Source: an uncultured virus (IMG/VR IMGVR_UViG_3300042814_000160) (lineage: Duplodnaviria > Heunggongvirae > Uroviricota > Caudoviricetes). Taken from it: a stretch of DNA of 20,000 bases. The position numbers and the translations under genes are program-made. The notes beneath the pieces are model-generated. The model saw only the letters and a program-made list of their open reading frames with translations, did no database searches and was not told the DNA's origin. Of this stretch, positions 1 through 8,355 are shown in pieces (positions within the stretch are counted from its first letter, which is position 1; each line of letters begins with the position of its first letter). The DNA lies in IMG/VR virus record IMGVR_UViG_3300042814_000160, one strand, 5' to 3'.

Positions 1-1
1 C

Positions 2-1558
2 GTCTCGCACGCGATCACCACCATCGACAACGTCGGGGCCAACGTCGCGTGGGCGGGGCAAGGGCGCTGGGCGGCGTGGTTGGCGGGGGGCCCGAGCCGG
101 GGTGTGCGGACCTCCTTCGGCGTGGTTACCCCACCGAACGGCATGGGCATGGGCGACGTCGCGGGGGACACCGGCGATATCGTGCTGGTCTCCTCCTACG
201 CGAGTGGCTCGGGCCTGCGGTGTTATCAAAGCGGCGCGCTCACCCGCACCTTCAACGGGACCCTCAACCAGCCGATCATCCGCACGCGGTACGGGGCGGT
301 CGCGTTTGGCCAGCCCGCCGGGTGGTACGTGGTGAACATCGCCACGGGGAACACCGTGGGGTACTACCGCCGGACCGACCCGGTGAATTGGATCATCCCC
401 ATCTACGACGGGACTGACTGGTGGGTGGTGGAGCGGGTGGAGAACTTGTCCATTCGCAAGGTGGACAGCGACCAGGCGTACATCATCGAGCCCAACCCGA
501 TTGCGTTCGCGCCAGACGCCATCCTCCTGTCCGCCGGCGTGGCGCGCATCGCCTACACCATCACTGAGGGCGAGGCGCTCAGTGACCTCGTCGTGGTCAA
601 CCTGACGTTGAACTCCGGCGCGGCGACCCGCGGGGTGGTGAGCGGCGGGACGATCAACTACGCCGCGACGTCGTTCTCGCCGACCACCGTGGGCCTCACC
701 GGTCCGGCCGGGAACCCCTCGGGTGGGGGTGGCGGCGGCGGTGGCGGGGGTGGGGGTGGCACCCCCCAGAACCCCACGATCATCCCGCGGATTCAGCGCC
801 CGGAGCCGCCCCCCTCGCGGGCGACCCGGCTCTACCCGCATGTCGACCAAATCAAGGACACCGCGGCGAAGCAGTCCCTGCGGGTGTTGTGGGACCAGCA
901 CCACGATGTGGTCGACCAGATTCGTACCGTCCAAGCGACCCAAACCCGGCAGGCGACCGCGATCACCCAGGCCCAATCCACCGCCACCGCCGCGCAAACC
1001 GCCACCGCGCAGAACGCCGCCCTCGCCGGGAAGCAGACCAGCGCGTTCCCGGGCGACTCGATTCAAATCTCGGGGGTGGGCACCGGGAGTGGTGGCGCCG
1101 GGACCGGGGGTGGGGGTGGCGATGCGGCGTGGGACCAAGGACAGGGGGGCTCGGGGTTGGCGTCGAGCTACCCCACCGGGCACGCCCCGGCCGGCGCGCC
1201 GCTGGACCTGGTCACCGTGGGGAGGATCTTGGGTGGGGTCCAGAAGGAATGGTCCGCCCTCCTCGCCCCGGCGGCCAGCGGCCCCGCCCGGGACGCGAAC
1301 CTCGCCGAATTCATCGTCCGGCTGATCTGGCACCTCGCCCAGGCCGGGTTCACCGCGGGCAACAACCGCAACCCCTCCGGCGCCACCGGCATCGACAACT
1401 TCGTGGCCCAGGTGGACGGGGTGTTCCGGGGGTATGATATTTTCCCAGCGGCCAACTTCAGCGCCTATGGCTCGTTTTTGAACCAGGCGCAGATTCAGAT
1501 GTTGCCGCTCGGTACCAGCGAAACCGGGTACATCCCCAACGCGGGGTTGCCCGACTAG
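2..1558 (+). CDS. Virion/tail-associated protein, 5'-truncated by the window edge: beta-rich N-terminal region, poly-Gly linkers, Ala/Gln/Thr coiled coil, small C-terminal domain
   Basis: The frame of ORF 80..1558 is open back to position 2 (VSHAITTIDNVGANVAWAGQGRW...), so the true start is upstream. Strong G/C third-position bias. Lies directly before the GNAT and ejection genes. Confidence 0.6.
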   Translation, partial: VSHAITTIDNVGANVAWAGQGRWAAWLAGGPSRGVRTSFGVVTPPNGMGMGDVAGDTGDIVLVSSYASGSGLRCYQSGALTRTFNGTLNQPIIRTRYGAVAFGQPAGWYVVNIATGNTVGYYRRTDPVNWIIPIYDGTDWWVVERVENLSIRKVDSDQAYIIEPNPIAFAPDAILLSAGVARIAYTITEGEALSDLVVVNLTLNSGAATRGVVSGGTINYAATSFSPTTVGLTGPAGNPSGGGGGGGGGGGGGTPQNPTIIPRIQRPEPPPSRATRLYPHVDQIKDTAAKQSLRVLWDQHHDVVDQIRTVQATQTRQATAITQAQSTATAAQTATAQNAALAGKQTSAFPGDSIQISGVGTGSGGAGTGGGGGDAAWDQGQGGSGLASSYPTGHAPAGAPLDLVTVGRILGGVQKEWSALLAPAASGPARDANLAEFIVRLIWHLAQAGFTAGNNRNPSGATGIDNFVAQVDGVFRGYDIFPAANFSAYGSFLNQAQIQMLPLGTSETGYIPNAGLPD

Positions 1559-1568
1559 GAGTCACCCC

Positions 1569-1991
1569 ATGAGTGTCCCAGCACTCCCGTCCGGTCACGT
1601 CTACACCACCCGTGTGCTCCCGTCCGAGGAATGGCCAGTCAAGTACGCCCAGGCCCAGCTCCTCCAGTACCCGCAGCTCCCCAACCCCGAGCACACCATG
1701 ATGATCGTCGTCGAGGACCCCGATGGGGTGATCGTCGCGTCGTGGTGTGCGATGAACACCGTCCACTTGGAGGGGCTGTACGTCAGCCAGGCGTACCGCC
1801 ACGTGGCGGCGGTCGCGCGCGAACTCATGGTGGGGATGGGGGTCGCCCTCCTGAACGTCGGGTGCCGCGAAGCCTTGACCATTGGGCAGGACCCGGCTAT
1901 CGTCTCCCTAGCGCAGAAGGCGGGGTTTGTCATCATTCCCGGGACACTCCTCAAGCTGGCTCTGACGCCCCCTGTGGAGGCGCCGTCCTGA
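1569..1991 (+). CDS. GNAT-fold acetyltransferase-like protein (positional analogue of T7 gp13 / P22 gp14)
   Basis: HLEGLYVSQAYRH resembles GNAT motif A, and LAQKAGF resembles the GNAT C-terminal motif. RBS AGGAG precedes ATG 1569. Lies immediately before the ejection proteins. Confidence 0.65.
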   Translation: MSVPALPSGHVYTTRVLPSEEWPVKYAQAQLLQYPQLPNPEHTMMIVVEDPDGVIVASWCAMNTVHLEGLYVSQAYRHVAAVARELMVGMGVALLNVGCREALTIGQDPAIVSLAQKAGFVIIPGTLLKLALTPPVEAPS

Positions 1992-1992
1992 G

Positions 1993-2643
1993 ATGCCTGC
2001 TGTCGTCCCCCTGATCATGATCGGTGGGTCGCTTGTGTCCAGTTACATGGCCAAGCGACAAGCCGACAAGGCCCAGAAGGCCCTGCAGCCGTCCATTGAC
2101 GCGCAGACGGGGATCGCCCAGACGTTCCAGCAGCAGGGGACGCAACTGATTGGCGAGGGGCAGGACCAGCTCCGCGCGCCCACGAATTTCTACCAGCAGC
2201 TCCTGAGCGGCAACAAGGCGGCAGTGTCCCAGGCGGTCGCGCCGGACGTCGCCAATTTGCGCGATGTGTACAGCGGCGCGCACAAGCAGCTCGAACGATC
2301 GGGCACCCAGGGGGCCAGCCGCGATATGGCCTCGGCCGAATTGGGTCGGCAGGAAGCGGGGCAACTCGGCAGCTTCGTGCTGGGCGCGCGCCCCGCCGCG
2401 GCCGAAGCCATGACCGCCATGGGCCAGAACACCCGCGCCGCCGGGGTGGGCATGGGCATGAACGCGGCCAACATCTACGGGTCGCTTCTCACCGGCGCGC
2501 GCCAGGATCGCGCTTACAACGGCGCCATCTCCCAGCAAATCGGCGAGAACACCGGCGAACTCCTCACCTCCATCTACAAGGCGTGGGGGAGCAAACAGGG
2601 CCAGAAGAACCCGCTCCCGCCCGGTGAGGTCATCCGGTTCTAA
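1993..2643 (+). CDS. Small ejection/DNA-transfer (pilot) protein, P22 gp7 / T7 gp14-like
   Basis: Hydrophobic N-terminus (MPAVVPLIMIGGSLVSSYM) followed by an Ala/Gln/Gly-rich helical body, 216 aa. First of three coupled genes of increasing size. Confidence 0.6.
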   Translation: MPAVVPLIMIGGSLVSSYMAKRQADKAQKALQPSIDAQTGIAQTFQQQGTQLIGEGQDQLRAPTNFYQQLLSGNKAAVSQAVAPDVANLRDVYSGAHKQLERSGTQGASRDMASAELGRQEAGQLGSFVLGARPAAAEAMTAMGQNTRAAGVGMGMNAANIYGSLLTGARQDRAYNGAISQQIGENTGELLTSIYKAWGSKQGQKNPLPPGEVIRF

Positions 2644-4547
2644 TGGGCTCCTTTTTCGGCGGTCTCCTTGGCGGCTTCAATCGCGCGGCGGCGATCACCC
2701 GGGAGGAATCCCGGCGTGAGCAGGACGCGCAGGACGCCCGCGAAAACGAGGCGCTGAAACTCCTCACCGAGCACGGCACGCCCGAGTTGGCGGACGCCGC
2801 TGCGTCGGCCATGTTCCAGAAGGCGCTGGGCGGGAAGGCCCCCAAGCAGGGGTTCATGGCCGGGCTGATGGGCAACCCGCGTGCGATCACCCACCCGGCG
2901 GTGCAAACGGTCATGGCGCTGATGCGTCAGCCCGAGCAGGTCGGTGGCGGGTTGCCGGTGAGCCGCGGGACGATGTCCGCGCCGACATCTCCGGCCCAGC
3001 CCGCGCCGAGTGGGGCGTCTGCCGCGATGGCGCCGCCGCCAGATGCCGCCGGTGGCGGGGTGAACCCCGGGGCGCTCACGCCTCCGCCCACGCCGCAGTC
3101 GCTCCCCGTGTCGAGCGCGCCGCCGCAGGTGAATATCCAATCGACCCAGCGCACCCCGGGGGTCAGCCGGCCGCGGCAGATTCTGGAGGACCCGGCGGTC
3201 AAGGCCCAACGCCTCGCGACGTCGAAGTGGCGCGGGGAACTCCAAGCCAAGGGCGACATCCTCACCGAGTACGGTGCCACCCCCGACGAGCGCCGCGAGA
3301 CGATCATGCGCGATATCGGCGGCGCGCAGGGCTCCCAACTGGGGTACCGCCCCGTGGGCCGTCCCTACGTCAACGACGCCGGGGAGATGGTCATTACCCT
3401 CGTCAACGGCGCCGGGCAGACCATGGAGGCCCCCTCGGGTCCGTGGACCAGTGGCTCGGGCGGTGGCGGGGGTGGCAAGCAGCAGGTCACCGGGACCGTC
3501 CCGGATGGCCAGGGCGGCACGCGCCAAGTGAGTGGGTACTTCGACGGCGCCAAGGGGGGGTACTTCGACACGAATGGGATCCCGCTGGTCGGGTTCATCC
3601 GGCAGTCGATCGCCACCGGCGCCGGGATGACGCGCGATTCGCTGGCCCGGGCCACGTTTGGCGGCCGCGCCTACGCCCTGCTCACGCCCGAGGAACAGCA
3701 ACACGTCCTGAAGCTGGAGCAGGATTACCTCCGGACGTCCGCGTTCAACCGGGGCACGGGCGCCGGCGAGGCCGCCAACCAGACCAAGCTGAACGCCCCC
3801 ATCGGCATCAACGAAGGCGCGCAGCAGGGGGTGAGCGGCACGACCACCTTGGGCCAGCTCGACGGCGTGGCGATGTTCACGCCCGAGCAGAAGGTCCGGT
3901 ACGAAGCGATCAAGGACCTCCGCCCCTCCTTGGAGCGCGTGCGCGACTTGGTGAACGTCGTGTTCCCGGATTCGACCGGGCTCATCGGCGGGATCACCGC
4001 GGCCGCCGTGTTGGCCGGCAAGCGCGCCTCGCGTGACCCCGACCTCGCGCGGCTCGAAGCGTTGGTGGATCAATCCCTCTCCCACGTCGCCAAGTCGATC
4101 AGCGCGGAAACGGGTCGCCTCACCGAGCAGGATGCGGTCCGCGCGCAGACGTCGCTGGCCAACCTCAAGGCGGCGCTCCTGAGCGGGGATACGAAGGAAT
4201 CCGCCCTCGCCCGGATCGACGAGACCCTCGACAGCACCGACCGCATCCTGAAGGACCTCCCCAACCCGGCGGCGGCGCTCCGATCCCGTGGGTCGGGTAG
4301 CCTCACGACGCCACCGCCGGCCCCGGCCGGGGACGCTGGGACGCGCCCGGCTTCCGGCGGTGGTGCGCCACCGGCTCCGGCCGGAGCGCCGTCGGCGGGT
4401 GGGGCGGTGGACCAGACTCTCGCGCCGGATGTGGCCGCCTATGTGGAAACCGTGAAGGTCCCCCCGGGGATGCCGTTCGCGGTGATCGAGGGCGCGGGCA
4501 AGGTCATCCACAAGTACCCGGACGGCCGCGTGATCGTGATCAAGTAG
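2643..4547 (+). CDS. Putative ejection/internal virion protein (634 aa)
   Basis: TAATG overlap with the previous gene. N-terminus MGSFFGGLLGGF followed by a charged helix, Pro/Ala-rich linkers and a helical C-terminal domain. Gene order fits podovirus ejection proteins. Confidence 0.55.
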   Translation: MGSFFGGLLGGFNRAAAITREESRREQDAQDARENEALKLLTEHGTPELADAAASAMFQKALGGKAPKQGFMAGLMGNPRAITHPAVQTVMALMRQPEQVGGGLPVSRGTMSAPTSPAQPAPSGASAAMAPPPDAAGGGVNPGALTPPPTPQSLPVSSAPPQVNIQSTQRTPGVSRPRQILEDPAVKAQRLATSKWRGELQAKGDILTEYGATPDERRETIMRDIGGAQGSQLGYRPVGRPYVNDAGEMVITLVNGAGQTMEAPSGPWTSGSGGGGGGKQQVTGTVPDGQGGTRQVSGYFDGAKGGYFDTNGIPLVGFIRQSIATGAGMTRDSLARATFGGRAYALLTPEEQQHVLKLEQDYLRTSAFNRGTGAGEAANQTKLNAPIGINEGAQQGVSGTTTLGQLDGVAMFTPEQKVRYEAIKDLRPSLERVRDLVNVVFPDSTGLIGGITAAAVLAGKRASRDPDLARLEALVDQSLSHVAKSISAETGRLTEQDAVRAQTSLANLKAALLSGDTKESALARIDETLDSTDRILKDLPNPAAALRSRGSGSLTTPPPAPAGDAGTRPASGGGAPPAPAGAPSAGGAVDQTLAPDVAAYVETVKVPPGMPFAVIEGAGKVIHKYPDGRVIVIK

Positions 4548-4550
4548 CCC

Positions 4551-7328
4551 ATGGCCAGCCAGGGGTTCAGCGTCCGCCTCCCGACGCCCGAAGAGGTCAT
4601 CACCGCCAAGCGGAACGGGTCCATCCAGACGCCCAATGGGCAACCCGTGCCCGGGCTGACGGCCCCGCCACGGCCGGTGTCGGCGGACCAGACGGCCACC
4701 CCGGCGCCCGCGGCGGGTGGGTTCCAGCAGCGGATGCCCACGCCCGAGGAAGCGGCGATGGCCAAGAGCCCGCGGCTCGATGACCTGCCGGTACCCCCTT
4801 CGTTTGGGTCGATGCGGCCGCCGCCCACCCCGCCCAACGTGGGGCTGGACCGGTTCGTTCGCCAGCCCACCGAGGGGCTGCTGAACACCATGGACGCCGC
4901 GCGGCGGTCGCCCGGGTTCACCCCGAAGGAAGTCACCGGGGTCTCGCGGGAGATCCTTCCCACGACCGGGTCCATTATCGGAGGCACCCTTGGCGCGCGC
5001 GAGGGTCCGGCCGGGGCCGTAGCCGGGTCGACTATGGGCGCCGGGTTTGGCGACCTCGCGTCGATGGTGGTGGAAACCGCCGTGGGCGCACCCCCCTCGT
5101 TGTCCTCGGTGGCGGATCGGTTCACCTCCTCGACGGCGACCGGCGCCGCCAGCGAAATCGGGGGGCAATTCGCGGGAAAGGTCCTCGGGAAGGTCGCGGC
5201 GCCGTTCGCCAACAAGGTCACCGCGGCCGGACGCCAAGCGGCCGAGTACCTCGGGGGCCACATCACCCCGGCCCAGATGGCCGACTCGCCGTTTCTGGCC
5301 ACCCTGGAGAACATCACCAAGAATTCGTTTCTGGGCAGCGGCCGGTACCGCGACTTCATCACCAAGCAGAACGAGATCCTCACCACCAAGGTGGACCAGC
5401 TCCTGAACCAGTACGGCTCCCGCGCCGGGGTGGAAGAGGCCGGGAAGGTGTACCAGGCGGCCGGTCGGCGGGCCGTGGGGGCCGCCACGCAGGGGGCGGA
5501 GGCGCAGGCGGCTGGACAGCTCGGCCAGGCGCAGTCGGCGCACCAGGCCGCACAGGCGGGGCTGGAGGGGGCCACCCAGAGCGCGCAGACGGCGCGAGGT
5601 GACCTCCTCAAGGAGTACGGCGACCCACGCGGGCCCGAGGCCACGGGGCGCCTCTGGCAGAACCTCCAGCGGGTCGCGCACGAGGGGGCCAAGGAGCACG
5701 GCTCGGCCCTCTACGCCAAGGTGGATGAACTCGCGCAGGGGGTGCAGGTGCCCCTCACGTCGTTGCGCGACTTCGCCGAGCAGGAACTCGCCCGGTATGG
5801 CGAACTCGGCGCCGCGCTCGAAGGGGGCAAGGGGGTCAGCGCCGCGCGCAAGGTGATGGCCACCGGGAAGGACGACGTCGAGGGCGACCTCCTCGCCGGG
5901 ATCAACGCGGTCCCCGGCAACGACATGGCCAAGGCCGCCCTGTCCGGGATGCGCCCCGACAACCCCCAGCGGCAGATGCTCCTGGAGTTGATGAGTGGCG
6001 CGGGGATCGGCGCCGAGGACGGGGTGAGTTTCGAGCAGGCGCACCGGATTCGCTCCACGTTGTCGCAGATGTCCCGGGACGCCGCGCGCACGGGGAATTC
6101 CAAGGTCAAGGGGATCGCCGACCAACTCTCCAAGCGGATCGACGACGCGATGACCGAGGCGGCGGGCGGGACGGATACCCCCCTCTCCCAGGCGTACCGT
6201 GAAGCCAGCGGCGCGTGGAAAACCATGGCCGACACCTACGAGCGGGGGATGCTGGCGCAGGTCGCCCGGCGCGAACCCCGCGTGGTGGTCGACACGATGA
6301 TCCGCCCGGGCCGCGTGGCCGATATCGCCAAGGCCAAGGCGGCGGTGGGCGAGGACGGCTGGAAGGCGATCCAATCCGAGCACCTCCACGACCTCCTAAC
6401 CGGTCCCGACGGGAACCCCGTGGACGCCAAGACCCTCACCAAGCGGCTGGTGGCCCTCCGTCCGGAAACCATCGAGGCGGTGTACGGCAAGGACGGCTTG
6501 GCCAAGTTGGGCGGCCTGCAGGGGATGCTGGCCACGGTCGCCGAGCGCCAGGCGGGGGTCGAGGCCGCGTCCAAGGGGCTCACCCTCGCCGAGAAGGCCG
6601 CGGGGAAGGCCAAGCCGCCCGATTTGGGGATCCCCCACCTCGACAGCGACCCGCACACGGTGCTGGCGAAGATCATCCAGCCCAACTCCATCGAGGCGGT
6701 GGAGCGGGCCAAGGCCCTCGTGGGGCCCGAGGATTGGGCCAAGGTCCAATCCGCGCACGCCCAGCAGATTCTCCAAGGTGATGGGGACAAGCTAGTCACC
6801 GGCGACGTGTTGATGAACCGGCTGAACAAGCTGTCGCGAGAAACCATGGACGCGACGTATGGGCGATCCGCCGATGGGTTCTACCAACTCGCGCGCGTCA
6901 TGGAGCAGTTGGAGAAAAAAGAGGGCATCGGCACCGGCCGGGTGGCGATCCAGCTCACCCAGGGCGGCACCGTCACCGGGCTCATGCTGGGGAAGATGAC
7001 CAAGGCCGCCGGCGCGGTCCTGGTCGGCCCGATGATGCTCGGGCGGATCATGGTCAACCCGGTCGCGCGACAGTACTTGACCACCGGCCTGCGGGCGACC
7101 GCCGCGGGCGATTCGGCCACCGCCGGACGGGTGGGGGCGAACCTCCTCGGGTTCCTCGTGCGGGAGGGGTACCTGCAGAGTCGCGGCGCCGCCCCACCCG
7201 CCCCTACAGACGCGCCGGCGGGACGGGGACCGGGTCCTCGTGCCGGAGGGCCGCCGATGCCGAACCCGGCGCCGGTGCCGGGGGGCCGGACGATGCCCCC
7301 ACCCGCCCCACGCGGCGGAGGCGACTAG
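4551..7328 (+). CDS. Large putative ejection/DNA-transfer protein (925 aa) with internal repeats
   Basis: Ala/Gly-rich and helical. Glycine-zipper-like segment (GSIIGGTLGAREGPAGAVAGSTMGAGFG) and hydrophobic C-terminal segments. Last gene of the virion arm. Confidence 0.6.
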   Translation: MASQGFSVRLPTPEEVITAKRNGSIQTPNGQPVPGLTAPPRPVSADQTATPAPAAGGFQQRMPTPEEAAMAKSPRLDDLPVPPSFGSMRPPPTPPNVGLDRFVRQPTEGLLNTMDAARRSPGFTPKEVTGVSREILPTTGSIIGGTLGAREGPAGAVAGSTMGAGFGDLASMVVETAVGAPPSLSSVADRFTSSTATGAASEIGGQFAGKVLGKVAAPFANKVTAAGRQAAEYLGGHITPAQMADSPFLATLENITKNSFLGSGRYRDFITKQNEILTTKVDQLLNQYGSRAGVEEAGKVYQAAGRRAVGAATQGAEAQAAGQLGQAQSAHQAAQAGLEGATQSAQTARGDLLKEYGDPRGPEATGRLWQNLQRVAHEGAKEHGSALYAKVDELAQGVQVPLTSLRDFAEQELARYGELGAALEGGKGVSAARKVMATGKDDVEGDLLAGINAVPGNDMAKAALSGMRPDNPQRQMLLELMSGAGIGAEDGVSFEQAHRIRSTLSQMSRDAARTGNSKVKGIADQLSKRIDDAMTEAAGGTDTPLSQAYREASGAWKTMADTYERGMLAQVARREPRVVVDTMIRPGRVADIAKAKAAVGEDGWKAIQSEHLHDLLTGPDGNPVDAKTLTKRLVALRPETIEAVYGKDGLAKLGGLQGMLATVAERQAGVEAASKGLTLAEKAAGKAKPPDLGIPHLDSDPHTVLAKIIQPNSIEAVERAKALVGPEDWAKVQSAHAQQILQGDGDKLVTGDVLMNRLNKLSRETMDATYGRSADGFYQLARVMEQLEKKEGIGTGRVAIQLTQGGTVTGLMLGKMTKAAGAVLVGPMMLGRIMVNPVARQYLTTGLRATAAGDSATAGRVGANLLGFLVREGYLQSRGAAPPAPTDAPAGRGPGPRAGGPPMPNPAPVPGGRTMPPPAPRGGGD

Positions 7329-7581
7329 ATCCGCTCGGGGACGTAGCCACCAGCGTCGGTTGGCCATCGACCACCGCCAATTTCACATCGGGGATGATCC
7401 GCCGGCCCTGCTTGTACCGCACGGGCAAGAGTGGCACCCACCCGGGGTCGTCACTCGGTGGGGGGTTCGTCACCACCATGTGATACCGCCGCCCCTTGAA
7501 CGGGCCGGAGAGGAACGACCGGATGCGGCCGAGGGTGCCATCCGGGAGTTTCTGATCGTCGTGGTCCACAAAGGTGGTCAC
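7204..7581 (-). CDS. Hypothetical protein, last gene of the - arm
   Basis: GTG at 7581 overlaps the upstream TGA (GTGA coupling, as used throughout this arm). Fills the otherwise empty 7329-7577 gap. Its 3' end overlaps the + strand gene by 125 nt. Confidence 0.5.
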   Translation of the reverse strand: MTTFVDHDDQKLPDGTLGRIRSFLSGPFKGRRYHMVVTNPPPSDDPGWVPLLPVRYKQGRRIIPDVKLAVVDGQPTLVATSPSGSSRLRRVGRVGASSGPPAPAPGSASAALRHEDPVPVPPARL

Positions 7582-8141
7582 AGTAACCGCTCCCACACGG
7601 TAAACCACCGGGCGCGCGCGTTCCGGCCGGTGCCCACCGCAATGACAAACACTTCCTGCGCGCGCTTCCCGGGGTCGGGCCAGAGGTAATCCAGCACCCC
7701 GACTTTGCCGCCGATCGGGACGACGTCGAGGGCGTTCTTGAGGAGGGCGTTCAGCGGGGGCAACTTGTCCGCCCCGGGGGCGTATTTCGCCGCGTCCTCC
7801 TCGGTGTAGGGTCGGTCGATCAGCACCGCGTGCCAGGCGTACCGCTCCACCGCGTTCAGCTCGGGGAGGAGCACCTCACGCAAGGGGAGCGGCTCTCGGA
7901 CATCCTGCAGGAAGTCCGGGGCACACGCCGGGTCGAGGTCGACCGTCTTGTCGTTCACCCCGAACCCCTTGAAGGGGTACTCCCGCACCTTCCCCCCGCA
8001 CACGTGCAGGACCGCATCCTCCGCCCCCACGCCCAGCGCGGCGCGCGCCCGGCCCAGGAACCCCGCCGGGTACGCCCCGTAGTACTTCACCTTGGGCCTG
8101 GCCAGGATCATCACGTCGGTCAGCGGGCGGTAGTCACCCAC
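7578..8141 (-). CDS. Small SAM-dependent amino (N6A/N4C) DNA methyltransferase-like protein
   Basis: Rossmann-like motif order: VLHVCGG (motif I-like), TVDLD (motif II), QDV (motif III) and VLIDRPY (motif IV, DPPY-like). Confidence 0.6.
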   Translation of the reverse strand: MGDYRPLTDVMILARPKVKYYGAYPAGFLGRARAALGVGAEDAVLHVCGGKVREYPFKGFGVNDKTVDLDPACAPDFLQDVREPLPLREVLLPELNAVERYAWHAVLIDRPYTEEDAAKYAPGADKLPPLNALLKNALDVVPIGGKVGVLDYLWPDPGKRAQEVFVIAVGTGRNARARWFTVWERLL

Positions 8142-8355
8142 GGTTCAGCCGTTCCTGGTGCGCCTTGGCGATCCCTTCGAGGTCGGCGAGGTCCTCGCCG
8201 TGGCGAATGACCAGCCGTTCAAGGGTCAGTACGCGCCGTTCGAGTGCGGTGAGCCGCTGGGCCACCGCGTGCTTCCAGGCATTGGCCGCGCGCACGTTCC
8301 GCATTGTCGCGTCCTGGGGATTGCGCTTCTTCGCTCCTACACGTTTGGCTGCCAT
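8134..8355 (-). CDS. Small basic coiled-coil hypothetical protein
   Basis: Heptad pattern LTALERRVLTLERLV. GGAGG upstream of the ATG. Overlaps both neighbours and fills the gap exactly. Confidence 0.6.
   Translation of the reverse strand: MAAKRVGAKKRNPQDATMRNVRAANAWKHAVAQRLTALERRVLTLERLVIRHGEDLADLEGIAKAHQERLNRG

Noticed and set aside
720..765. G-rich tract as a G-quadruplex or simple repeat element
   Set aside because: Fully explained by in-frame poly-Gly codons with mixed third positions.
2640..6389. 1249-aa antisense ORF spanning two virion genes
   Set aside because: Shadow frame expected from strong G/C codon bias in the + strand genes. Arg/Gly/Leu/His-rich with no motifs.
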